Source: the human T2T-CHM13v2.0 reference genome, Homo sapiens
Reading direction: 5' to 3' (one strand)
DNA length: 64,000 nt
Assembly (NCBI RefSeq): GCF_009914755.1
Contig: NC_060936.1
Shown in pieces: positions 15,325 through 30,450 of this stretch. A model generated the notes under the pieces. The model had not been told where the DNA came from. It ran no database searches and worked only from the letters and a program-made list of their open reading frames with translations. The first letter of the stretch is position 1. Each line of letters starts with the position of its first letter. A program made the position numbers and the translations under genes.

Positions 15325-15885
15325 TGGTGCTGTCCACCAATGTTTCTGGTTCTCCTCCTTCTGGGCACAAATGAGCACTGCACTTTCTGTACCTCCATGA
15401 AGTTAGATGTGGCCCTGTGGCTTGCTGTGGCCAATAAAATGTGAGTGGAAGTTAAGATTTAAAGAAGCGCTGCAAAATTCACCACATTTCCTTCCCCTTG
15501 CCACCACAAGGTGGGCAAACTACACTCCCTGCAGACCAAATCCAGTCCTCTGTCAGTTTTTATAAATAAAATTTTATTGGAACACAGCCATGCCTATCTC
15601 TTTACACATTGCAGCTGTTTCCATGCTATAATGGCAGTTAAGCAGCTGCAATAGAAACCACATGGCCAGCAAAGCTGTGTACTGTGCTGTCTGACCCTTT
15701 ACAGAAAAAGTTTGCCAAACCCTGCTCTTGGTGGTGGGGTCACTGAGAGAAAACGACGTGGAGGGTAGCCATGCAGAATGTGATGGACATGTATAAGAAT
15801 GAAATAAACCTTTATTGTCTTTGGGTAGTGAGATTTCAAAGTATTTCTGCTACTGCAGCATAGCTGAGTCCATCCTGACCCTACA
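15325..15885 (+). mobile_element. MLT1 (I/J-like) MaLR LTR interrupted by a MER58-type element
   Basis: GGCCAATAAAATGTGAGTGGAAGT and GAAATAAACCTTTATTGT...GCAGCATAGC...CCTGAC. Confidence 0.7.
15507..15724 (+). mobile_element. MER58A-like hAT-Charlie MITE
   Basis: GGCAAACTAC...ATAAAATTTTATTGGAACACAGCCATGCC...CCCTTTACAGAAAAAGTTTGCCAAACCCTG. Confidence 0.85.
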
Positions 15886-17399
15886 CGGGGTAAAGAAAAA
15901 TCGCTGACAAAAATAGAAAAAGAGAAAGTATAGAATTGAAAACACCTTGAAAGAGGCTCTCCAAACATTATTGATAGAAAATATGAAAATTCAATGGCAT
16001 TGACATTATCTTTTAACCAGGTGGGGAATAAGCATGATCCCCACATACCAATGAGGCTATTTTTCAGTTAAGCCAGACAAAGACATGATGTTTTTCCCAA
16101 AATTCTAAATGAATTCATTTCTATATCCAAGGAAGGCCCGCCAGCTTTAATCAGACACCGGTTTGTTTTATGAGAGGAGTGAAGAGGCTCATTACAGCAA
16201 ATCCCAGGCACACGTTGATAAATTCCTAAACTTGGACTCTGATAAAACTCAGGAACACACTTCCCATTCCACTATTCTTCTGAATCACTGAGCCAGAGGC
16301 AGTGCCTGATTTGTGACCTTCAGCTGTCCGCCATCCCTCGTAGATCATTTCCACCTAATAGACCCTTAAAATTGTCATCATCTTCTTTCCTTCCACATTT
16401 GAAAGAAATGTTAAAGATTGATCCACCACTGGGTTAGCTATTTTGCAACTTCCCCCACCTGTTTAAGAAGGAAGCAATTGTAAATAAATGCAGCTTTCCA
16501 GGACATTTTAAATGGTAGCAATCACAGCAATTTCAGCCACACAGAGGGGAGGGGAGCAGAGAGGAGCGAGAGTGGATATAATGGGCTATAGGTAACATAT
16601 TTCACCTCTAGGGAACCAGGGTAAAGCTTTTCCCAGTTCCCTCAGATTGAAAGTTGTAACCACCTAACAGCTAGTCAGGAGCTTGGAGGAAAAGAAATGT
16701 TCCCTGCCTTGTTTCCCATCAGCCTTGACATCACATCTGGCTAACTCTAATCGCCCCTTTGTGTACCAAGGCAGGATGCAGAGGAATGAAGAGACATGGC
16801 TTCTTGTTGACTGGACCCTAGTGGAGAGAGATAACAGGTACCCACATAAGATCATTGCAGCTAAATAGGGGACTTTGATCAGAAAAGTCTCTGCGCACCT
16901 ATTAATTAATTCAACTGAAACTGGGGTGGGGACAAAGAGACAGTGGCAGGAGGATGTGCTCAGTCTCAGGGGTCAGCCTCTAGGCATTCTGTAAAGCAGC
17001 TCCATCTTCCTGACGCTATGGATTTGTGATGCTCAAGACTGCTTCATCCAAATTCAACTCAGAATGGAAATTCTTCTAATACAGAGCTCTCCCTCAGGCT
17101 GTGACAAGTGTTCTCTACAGGCCCAAAGACTAAGAAGAAAGAAAGGAAGGGTTTTTTCCTTCTGTCGTTAGTGCCAGCCTTCTCTGTGAACCTGTCTGAT
17201 TCCTTCCAATCTATTCCAGAACAATAAGTAGAAATGAGCTCCCCCATCCCTACAAGGCAGGTGGAAGCCATAAGAATGAAAACAGAGCTGGGAGCCCCAG
17301 TTGAGGAGTTAAACTGGGTCCAGCATTTTGGTTTTATCAGTTGCCTGGGCTTACTTGTTGAGTTCACAGATGACTTCTAACTAGGACAGCTGCTGAATA

Positions 17400-18340
17400 C
17401 ACTGGAAAAACAAAAGTTCAAAACAGCCTCACTAAATTAAAGGTGAGATCCAAAGCCACCAGCAAATGAAGGTTAATAGAGAACCCCTACTGCAGCTTAG
17501 ATTAAGGGAAGAACAACAAAACTTCCCAGGTACAAACAGCATGCAAAAGCGCTGGCCATGTATGTATGACAGAAGAAGATCTGGAGATCTTAGTGGACAA
17601 GCTCATTGAGTCAGCAACATCATAGAAGTGTTAACAAGAATATAAAAGACAAGCTATGGAAATATCTTCATAGATGCATGCATTCTTTTATTCAGCAAAC
17701 TTTATCAAATGCCTTCTATGCTCCACGTATTGTGCTAAAATTTAAGGCAAAGCTCAGTAATCTACAGCAGCCCACCAGCCACACTATTTTTGCATGGCCC
17801 TTGAGCTAAGAATGATTCGTACATTTTTAATATAAAATATAAAACAGAGTATTAGCCTTTTGGAGAGAATAGTCGCTCAAAGAATACATTGCCTCTCAGC
17901 CTGCCAAGTCTAAAATATTTACTCTCTGGCTCTCCTCAGGAAAAAAAAAAAAAAAAATTGCCGACCTCTGATCTAGGAATACAAAGTTGAATAGGAAGTG
18001 GCCCCCACCCTCAACTCACAGTTTGGTGTGAACTATACAATCAGTATCATAGTACTTTGTTCTCTCCTGGCTTCACAAGATAGAAAAAAAATGAAGAAAG
18101 TGATAAAGATTAATAAAAGAATGGGAAGAAGAATTTATGAGAAAAGTTTAAAGGAATTTAGATTATTTACTCTGGAGAAAAGGAGTCTATGGGGAGACTT
18201 AAGAATAGTCTTCAAATATTTGAGGGGATATTATTAAGCAAAAGGCTTTCCGTCATGAACAGAAAGATTAATAGAACATAGGCTAAAAAAAAATTTATTA
18301 TAGAGATGGAAGAATTTCCTGAAAAGCTTTTAAACTTCTA
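17400..18340 (+). mobile_element. L3/CR1 LINE fossil (ORF2 3' part), interrupted by L2 and MER58-like pieces
   Basis: Translation IYEKSLKEFRLFTLEKRSLWGDLRIVFKYLRG matches the CR1 ORF2 C-terminal motif YEERLxxLGLFSLEKRRLRGDL; also GAAGATCTGGAGATCTTAGTGGAC. Confidence 0.75.
17745..17970 (+). mobile_element. MER58B-like MITE
   Basis: GGCCCTTGAGCTAAGAATG...CTAAAATATTTACTCTCTGGC...TTGCCGACCTCTG. Confidence 0.7.
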
Positions 18341-18799
18341 CGATGAATTAGAATTAGATGAGATCTAAATTCAATGAATTGAGAAATCCATTTTCTTTAA
18401 GTCTCTAAACCTAGCATATTTTCTCATCTGTCTGAGAGTTTTAAGGGCTGTTTGAGTATTGTCCAAGCTGACAGTGAAGGATAGACTAGATGCCCTGTGT
18501 CTGGGTCTAGCTCTCCAATTCTTCTCTTCAGAACATGGGGCTTTTCAGAAGAAGTAAATCTTTTTACTTCTCTGGGCCTCAGTTTCCCCCTCTTGCAAAA
18601 TAAGAGCCTCATATGCTCTTAGTCTGTGATTTCTTAGGCCAAAACCTTGAAATGGTTCAGCAGCCAAAGAAAGTAAAGGAAGTTAAATTATCTCATCTCA
18701 CAAGGGAAGAGGCAATAGATGCTGTTTTATTCTTGATGTAAATAAGGAAATTTAGACTCAATATGTATTTAAGTTAAAGGTAGCTACTAGTTGGAAAAA

Positions 18800-19090
18800 A
18801 ATAGAATATGTTCACTGGAGGGAAAAGATCAAAAGAAACATGAAAAAGTGACTCAAGATTTTAAAAGGAAAAGGGGGAAATGTCAAGGAGGCATATACAA
18901 AGAAAGACCTAAAATAGGATAGCAGTAAGAACTAACATTCCATAATCACAATCAATGTGATGAGGTTCTATGCTCCTCTTTAAAAGACATACATTCTTAG
19001 ATAAGATCTAAATTCAAAATTCAACTGCATGTTGTTTGCAAGACAGCCACTGAAAACCAAGGGACTCACATGTGTAAAACATAAAGGGTT
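18800..19090 (+). mobile_element. Ancient L1 fragment (ORF2 endonuclease N-terminus)
   Basis: ATAATCACAATCAATGTG...CTTTAAAAGAC...TGTTGTTTGCAAGACAGCCAC decays from the ITINVNGL...CCLQETHL motif. Confidence 0.6.
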
Positions 19091-19449
19091 CAATATGGAA
19101 CTTGGTTAATCATATGCACACTGCAGTCTTTAGGAATCAAGTTGTCTTATTTGGATGTGACCTGTGCCTTTGTCCCAATGTGACCACTCCTTGCTTTTTA
19201 GGGAAGGTCACAGAGAAGCATGGTTTAAAGACAGTTGTTAGAAACTGAAGGTATTTGAAGGTATGGTATTCTTTCCATATACTGACTCATATCTAGAATT
19301 CTCTGTCAGTAGAAGGACATTGGTGTTGGAATCACATAAAGTACTATTTCACCCCAGTTCCATCATGTTGTAGCAATGGTCATGTTAATTAAATCCTGGC
19401 TTTTGATCAAAGAGAGATATGCTATAACATTGGATATGCTATATGCCAT

Positions 19450-20395
19450 GCAATATAACTCAACATCTCCACTAATGTCTAATAAGCACCTTACACTAAC
19501 ACATTTAAACAGACTTCCTGATGTTGCACATCAAATCTGCTTCTCCTACAGACTCACCATCTCAAATGGGAAAATTGCTCAGGCCAAAATCCTGGGCGCC
19601 ATCTCTTTCCCCTCTCTTTATCTCATACTCCATATATGCTGCAAATCTTGTTGGCTCAACCATCAAAATATACCTACCTCCAATGCTACATCTCTGGTTT
19701 CAACCACTATTGTTTCTTCTTTGGATTGATACAGTAGCCTTGGAACTGGTTTCCTGACTGTAAACCTAGACTCCTCTAGTTTGTTCTCAACACAGCAGCC
19801 GGACTGATCTACTATGTGCAATCATGGCACTATGATTGATCATGTCATTCCGCTGCTCACAACTCTTCCATAGCTCCCCATCTCAATCAGAGTTAAACCC
19901 AAAGTCCCCCAGTGGCTTCAAGGTCCATCTGCTGCTAGCTCTATGGCCCCTCTCCTCACAGTTGCCCCCTTGCCCACTTCACTTCACCCACACTGGTCTC
20001 TTTGCTGTTCCTTAAACTGGCACTCAAGCACACACCAATCACAGAGCTTTTGCTGTTCTTTCTTCCCAGAACCCTCCTCCCCCTGATATCCAGATGATTC
20101 CCTGCCTCCTGTTCTCATGTCTATGCAAAAATACTGTTAGACCTTTCCTGCCCTCCTATGTGAAATGGCAACACCATACTCCCTAGTTTCCTTCCTCTGC
20201 TTTATTGTTTTCTATAGCACTTACCTTCCCTGGTATTTTGATACTTACTTGTTTTATTGTGCATATTTTCTGCCTCTCATTAAAAAACTCCAGAAAGTAA
20301 GGCACTTTGTCTCCATCACTACTGAATGCTCAGAACTGGAACAGAACCTGGCACTTTTTTTCTCCTCAACAAATATTTGCTGAAGGAATATGAAC
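19450..20395 (+). mobile_element. L2 LINE 3' region
   Basis: TCTCAACACAGCAGCC, ATCATGTCATTCCGCTGCTCACAAC, 3' end CTCAACAAATATTTGCTGAAGGAAT. Confidence 0.85.
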
Positions 20396-20821
20396 GTGCT
20401 TTGAAAATGATAAAGCACTGTATATATGGATAATTATTATTTACATGGGTGGGCAAAATGAGATTTTTTTCTTAACTTCCAGTTCATTTTTCTCCACAAG
20501 ATATCCTCTTGGCTCCATCATAAGGAGATTCTTCCTCTAACTACCTAAAAATCACATACTGCCAATTTTGGTCATGAGACACCCAGAGGTGATATTCAGA
20601 ATAGCCTACAACCTGTTCTGAAGGAAACCATGGGAGTGGACCCAACAACCCATTAAAATGATTCCAGATGACACCAGCATGTACTGCCAGAGCAACGTCA
20701 GCCTGGAGAAACTTAGGACTACTGACAGCAGTTCTACTACACCACTGTCTTGTAAAACTTGTAGAGAAATAAGTATTGAACTAGGAATCAAAAAACCTGG
20801 TTTGTTGCCACTTCCCCAACT

Positions 20822-21010
20822 CAGGGTTTCTTAACCTCAACACTACTGAAACCACATAATTCTTTCATATAGGAGATATTAGCAGCATTCCTGGCCTTTG
20901 CCCACTAGATTCCACTAGTATCTCCTCCCCACTCCCACCCCACCACCAGCCGTGGCAGCCAAAGTTGTCTTCAGACATTCCCAAGTGTCCCTTCAGGTTG
21001 AGAACCACTA
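20822..21010 (+). mobile_element. MER20-like hAT MITE
   Basis: CAGGGTTTCTTAACCT...AGCAGCATTCCTGGCCT..CCCACTAGAT...CAGACATT...GGTTGAGAACCACT. Confidence 0.8.
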
Positions 21011-22268
21011 CTCTAACTCCTATCTATGGAAACTGAGATAAATCAGTAAACCTCATGAGTGTTAATTTCTTCACTTGTAAAATAGGAACAGCAACACCTA
21101 TCACATGCAGTAGCTTTAAAGACTCAAGAGATAATATATACAACAAGTACTTAACAAATTTTACTGTATTATTATTATACCTATTAGTTTTCACTCCTGA
21201 CAAATAACTGGAAAAATTTATCTTGCTCTGATAAATGACTTTGCTTATGTAGGCTACACTGACGACAGGCATATTGCCTTTCTACAATCATAAAGTTGAG
21301 CTTTTGTGTGCCTTATCAGTCCACACCTGCAAGACACAAATTATCTCCAAATCCATTCCCTGGTTGGTTTCTCCCCTTAAAGAGCATGCCCTTTAAAGAG
21401 TACATTTAGAGCCAGCCTACTCACCCATGGTTAATTCTGTGGGCTGTTTATCTACAGTAGGATTTATTTGAGTCTATCTTGGTAAATGTAATGAAGCCTG
21501 GGTGTGCTTTTATGGGGATGTGAGGTGAAGCTAGGGACAGCAGAGAAAAGTCTTAGGTTAGTTTTGGAAATGTCATTTCAGAATCACTTAAATTGGAAAA
21601 GTTCTAGACAGTTCTAAAAGGAAAACTCCAATTAACAAACCCATCACAACAAATAAGACAGAAAACCCACGTCTGCTTTTTGGAGCAGAGGATAGTATAG
21701 CATTTGGTGTGAATTCTATCTTGGAAACTATTAATAGCCTGCTCTGCCAATTTTTCAGTCCCCTGCCCCCAAGGACTGGACAACTGAATTGCGTGGTAGA
21801 CTGCATCTATTGTGATATTAATTTGGTCTTTCTCTGGTGAAAAGACATAAATGAATGGATGGTAGGAATCTAGGAAAATGGATATAATTACCCCATTTTG
21901 CAAACGAAGAGACTAAAAGAGGTTTCATAGCCTGTCCAAGGTCACACAGATAACTGATGGAGCCAAGAGATGAACTCAAGTCAGCTACCTTCAGATCCCA
22001 GCTCTTTGCATTAAACGGTGCTGAAATACCTTAACATTCTTGGAGTTCATTTACCTGCCCCGTTATTTCACCATCTGCCCTACAGAAAGGAATGGAAGAA
22101 AATATAAGCAGTTTTTAAGAGGATTGGCACATTTACAAAGGGCAAAGCCCAAAAATCTGAGAAAAGATATTGGGTTGATATTGTTGATATTGAAAGACAA
22201 TCGGGCCTTCCCTGAAGCTACCACTGGTGAACCAGCACCAGGCAGGAGTTTCTGCATCTAAACCCTCA

Positions 22269-25285
<3,017 letters not shown>

Positions 25286-25304
25286 CAAAATATTTTTTTT
25301 AATT

Positions 25305-25430
25305 AAGCATATGAGATAATAGATAAGCTAATTAGCTTGATTTAGCCACTCCACAGTGTTTATATATATGCCAAAACATCATGTTGTACATCACACATAT
25401 ATACAATTTGTCAATTAGAATTTTTTTATT
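25305..25430 (+). mobile_element. Old L1 (L1MA-like) 3' UTR, right part
   Basis: AATTAGCTTGATTTAGCCACTCCACAGTG...AAAACATCATGTTGTACA. Confidence 0.8.
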
Positions 25431-25544
25431 TTTTTATTTTTAAACAAAATATGTACACCTAGCTCAAGAGAGGAGATGCTGGCCCCAGAGACCTCCTGCT
25501 ATACTCACTCCGTCCTTACACCTTACACAAAAATTAACTCAGGA

Positions 25545-25745
25545 CCTCCATACTTCTTAGATTCATGACCTTACACAAATGACTTAACCCTTCCAAGCCT
25601 TCATTTCACTTATTCATAAGATGGAGATGATGATAATAATGCCTATCACCCTGAATTGTTGTGAGGATTAAATGAGATGCAAGCAAAGTGCCACCCACTG
25701 CTGCCAACCCATATTAGATGCACAATAAACATAAGCTATCATTAC
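25545..25745 (+). mobile_element. MIR
   Basis: TGACTTAACCC...GTTGTGAGGATTAAATGAGAT. Confidence 0.75.
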
Positions 25746-26801
25746 TATTAAAGAAGAAAGATTAAAATAAGCAACATTTCAATCAACTTTAGCAAAAACG
25801 AATCTGATTCTCCTATATTTAATGTGACTATTTCCTCAGGTCAGACAAACATGAGATAGGCTACCCCTCACTGAATTATACCTTCCAACCCTGGCAACTG
25901 AGTCAACTTGATTCCCTTTAGGTTCAATTCCAGGCCCTGGTACTAGTTTTGTTCCCAATTAAGACAAATAGATTGACCTCTCTGTCAACAAGGAGACTTA
26001 TGGAGTCCATCTTGATTAATTCTGTGTCCACCAGGGGCTGAACCCCATGGCTTACATGTTGAGTTTTTCCACTGTAAAGCCTCAGTCTTCCCAGTCGCTG
26101 AAAGCAGAATTCTATGCCCCAGCCACCATGGCTACCTTTCCTGTCTCTCAACACCTGTCACCAGCTCCCTGACTACTTTTTCCTGGCTTTCCCAGTGCTA
26201 GTGCCAGTTTGATTGGAACTCAGCCTCTTCAAAGCTGTGGGAGTCTCATCCCAACAGTTTTCAGATCTTGCATCCCTAGTAGACCCTGGTTAAAAGGTTC
26301 AGGAATCCTACATGTTCTTCCCCTGGACGCAACTCCTTGAGAGGGATCTTCTAAACTCACATCCCTATGTGCCAACCCTGGATGTGCTACATTTGGCTCC
26401 CATCTCTGGCTGACCTAGCCTCCAGACAGTAAAGCATGGCATTTATGAGCCCAAAGGCTGCAGTCATACAAGGAGCATTTGAGTCCCAGGTCTGCCACCT
26501 ACTAGCTGTATGATCTCAATCAATCACTTATGATGCTTTCTGAGCCAAACTATAAAATAGCGATAAAAACTCATACCTCTCAGAGTTGTTGTAAAGACTG
26601 AAAGAGGTAAATTAGATTTAGTTCCGTAGTTGTCACAGAGAAACTTTCAATAAGTCGATGTTATTCTTGGTGGAAGGCATCTTCCATCGTAGCATGTCCC
26701 CCCTCCCCTGCAACTTGGTGTCTAGCCATTCTCCACCTATTTAAACTAGACCTTAATGAAACAACTTAGAAATCGCTCAAAAGCCTAGATCATGACAATA
26801 C

Positions 26802-27556
26802 TGATACAGGAGCTAAAAAGAAATTATTTAGGCAGATAGGGAGGGTAAGAGAGTTCTCAATAAGGTTTCCTTTTAAAAAAACAAAAGCAGCCCCAAAATC
26901 ATTTCTTTCCTAACAAAAAGCAGCCTGAAAAATCAAGCTGCAAGCATAGATAAGCAAGCTAAAAGCTTACATAGGTAAATACCAGCAGCTATGCCAATAG
27001 AAAAAGGCTACCTGGGGGCCAGGCATGTTCAACATGGCAGCTCCCTCTTCCCTTTTCTTTGTCAACCACATGTTCAGTAAGGAACAGACAACATGGAGCC
27101 GCCAGCTAGAGAACTCATCTGCACAATAAAAGACTAGGGTGGGGTGGCCAGCTTCTTCACAGGCTATGTAAATGGCACACCTGGTCCAACCATCTTTGGG
27201 CCCTGTGTTAATCAGACACCACCTCCTCAAGCTCATCTATAAAACCCTGTGTTTGATTGGAACTCAGCCTCTTCAAACCTGTGGGAGTCTCATCACAACA
27301 GTTTTCAGATCTTGGATCCCTAGTTAAAAGGTTCAGGAATCCTACATGTTCTTCCCCTGGACACAACTTCACCACAAAACCAGCAGACCCACTCAGGCAC
27401 CCCTCTCTCTCTCTGCAGAGAGCTATTCTCTTTTCTCTTTCTTTCGCCTATTAAACCTCTGCTCTTAACCTCACTCCAGATGTGTCCGTGTCTTTGATTT
27501 CCTTGCCATAAGACAACAAGCCTCAGGTGTTACCCCAGATGAACAACGCTGCTTCA
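26802..27556 (+). mobile_element. ERV1 (MER4-group, LTR9-like) solo LTR carrying a 118-bp foreign insert
   Basis: TGATACAGG...GCTTCA termini, 4-bp TSD ATAC, TATAAAA at 27238-27244, ATTAAA near 27450. Confidence 0.85.
27251..27368 (+). repeat. Direct copy of 26207-26334 inserted inside the LTR
   Basis: Aligns with 4 substitutions and one 10-bp indel. Confidence 0.95.
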
Positions 27557-27921
27557 ATACTTTTAGGTCTTTCAAATCAAAGTTATCCAAAATCAAATTT
27601 GGACATACACTGTTGTTTAATATTTATTTAGAACTTCATTCCCTCAACAAATATATATGAGCATCTACCGTATGCCAAGCACGGGGCCATGTGAGTATCA
27701 GATAGACATGGTACCTGCCCTCATGGAGGTTACAGTCCCCTGTTTCCCAAACCAGAATTAAAGAGATCCTTTTTTGTGGAAAATTTCTTACTAATCCAGA
27801 TTTATGTCTAGCACAGTACTAGCTGGTAAAATCATTCTTTTGCTAGTAATTCACTATATTTTCCAATATTTTAAATGTATTTTTGTTCTTATTTTAAAAC
27901 TTTATTAAAATTGAAAAATGT

Positions 27922-28228
27922 GGCCAGGCTCAGTGACTCACGCCTGTAATACCAGCACTTTGGGAGGCCCAGGCGGGCAGATCACCTGAGGTCAGGAGTT
28001 CAAGACCAGCCTGGACAACATGGTGAAACCCTGTCTCTACTAAAAATACAAAAATTAGCCGGGCGTGGTGGCAGGCACCTGTAATCCCAGCTACTCAGGA
28101 GGCTGAGGCAGGAGAATCATTTGAACCCAGGAGGCAGAGATTGCAGTGAGCCGAGGTCACGCCACTGCACTCCAGCCTGGGAGACAAACCGAGACTCTGT
28201 CTCAAGAAAAAAAAAAAAAAGAAAAAAA
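27922..28228 (+). mobile_element. Alu (AluSx-like)
   Basis: Full dimer with poly(A), TSD GAAAAATG. Confidence 0.95.
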
Positions 28229-28499
28229 GGAAAAATGCTTGCTGACTCTCTGCACGAAGGTAACCTTCGGAAGCAGGGAGGTCTGGCCATCTTGTTTTAC
28301 TACCCTCGTGTTTCTCCCAGGTAAACCTCAGGGAATGGCCACCACTGGCTCCTGATCTGTGGCCGAACATCTACTCTCCTCCCTCCAGGTCCTTTGCCAT
28401 TTTTTCTCTTCCGGAACCTTCCAGTATTCCAAAATAAATACTGTATTTTTAAATCTGAAAATTTAGAACACATTCCAGTTACTTATCTGGATTTTTTTA

Positions 28500-30450
28500 A
28501 AACAAGAAAGGACTCCCAATTGCTGCAGTCAGTCTTTTAGAAAAGCAAAGAATTTTCTCTCTTGGGGAGTTGCTACATATGACGCTATTCTGTTTTGAAG
28601 GATCTTAGATAAGTCTTCAATTTTGTAAAGTTTTGAGATTAATAATACCTTAGGGGGAAAAACGCTGAAAGGTAGGCAGGTCTTGTCACAGTAAAAGAAA
28701 AGATTCTTTCCTGCTTTGCTGTGATTAGCTGCATAAGTTGTGGTGCGAGTTCCAGTGCTAAATGAATTAGTATGCATCCCACCCAGAGTACTGTTTGTTG
28801 AAGTAAAATGCTTACAATCTTTGCTTGGGGGAGGAAAAAAAAAGGGTATGTCATTGAGTGAATATGAATTAATCAGTACTTTATGGACAGAACCCATAAT
28901 TTTAAAGCAGGGAAAAAAAGCCGAGGCATTTATCAGAGTTCCACTCAGCAATCTCCCTCTGTCATTGCTAATAAATCTTTTATGAAATGGAGTTTTGCAA
29001 TCTTTGCAGGAACATTACCCACCCCCCACCTTTTCTTTGCAGGAAAACAATAAGTTAGCATCCATCTCTAATATTTTACCCACCCTTCCTTATTTGAGTG
29101 TCCTGTACTCAGAAAAAATCTCTGAAGCTCTTTATTTTTAAAGCTTTTTTCTCCCCCAATTTATAATGTTAAGACCTCTTTCATCAGAAGAAATAATTCA
29201 TCTAAGTCTTCTCACAGGAGATTTAAGGAAAGAAGCTGAGTTTCAGGTGAGGAATGCAATATTTTTAATAAGTGTAATATCCCGGGCCTGCTAAACAATC
29301 AATATTTATAGATAGAGTGATAAAGTCCGTCGGGAAATAGAGTTTGGAGATGGGTAAGAGGATAATTAAAGGATAAAACATTCCAATTCAAATGTTTTAT
29401 AATTTTCCTATCGCTACTCACAGAATCAAGATTCTGCCGAATTATAGACAGCCTGCCAATAACCTCATGATGCCCGGATTTAATTAGGATTTTATGCTCC
29501 CACCTGAAGGTTAGGTTCATTAGCTGTAAAATAAGCCACTGGATGTCTGGATTAAGAATTAAAGGGAACCCTAAGTGTAGAGTGGCACGTAGCCAGTTTC
29601 TAGCCACTTAAACCGTGCAAATGGACGTGTGATCATTCTCCCCAAGGTTGGTAACTTTTTATTTTTAGCCACAAATCCACAGGCCATTTCTCTTGGTTAG
29701 GGCTGGGACCTGATGGCGGTCGAAAGCTTAAAAAGGTACACGACTGAGGAACAAGTTGTTAAGAGGCTATTATGAAGGATTGACGGGAGGGGGTGGGAGG
29801 TGCATAATGATTTTGCCATTAAGCTTTCGTTCCATTTTACAGCTTGGATTTATTTATAACAACAGGTGGTGGTATTTGTGGGGAATTGCTTGTTTTTTCA
29901 TTTGAGAAGGGCAGCTCCATACATCTGCTGGGAGGTGAAACAAAACCTTTTCCAAACACCCGTTTCCTCGCTTTGTGCATCACCATTAGGAAGGAAGAAT
30001 TTGTAGCAAAAGGCCACCCTGCCATTATTTCTTCCTGATGACACTCATTTAGCAGCCATTAAAATGCAAATAGAACTATGATTTTTAGATCACAAAATTA
30101 ACATTAACGGTTGGATGATTGATTAAAGGTCATGGCAACGGTATAACTTAATTTCTTAGATAATTGTGTTCGGTTTTCTGCAGACTGTTTGGGTTTCCGA
30201 ATTAATTTTATCTGTTGTTGAACACTGACAGGTGCAGTAATTGGCACAATCTCCTTTGAGCTCATTTCTTCCCGTGCACCTTGCCCTCTTTTCTTCCCCG
30301 AAGCCGTTGCCTACAACACAGAAGAGAAGGCCAAACTGGCCAGCTTGCATCAGTGGACTTATGCATCTGGGTGAGGTCACTAGAGGGGTTATTACAGAGC
30401 TGCGAAGCCCCAGATAGAATTTCATTCTGTGGCTAACGAGTTTTCCCTCT
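28500..30450. promoter_or_regulatory. Candidate conserved non-coding / developmental enhancer block
   Basis: No recognisable repeat over about 2 kb; many TAAT/ATTA cores; octamer ATGCAAAT 30064, TGATTGAT 30116, AAAGGTCA 30125, CATGGCAAC 30131, TGACAG 30226, TAATTG 30238. Confidence 0.55.
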
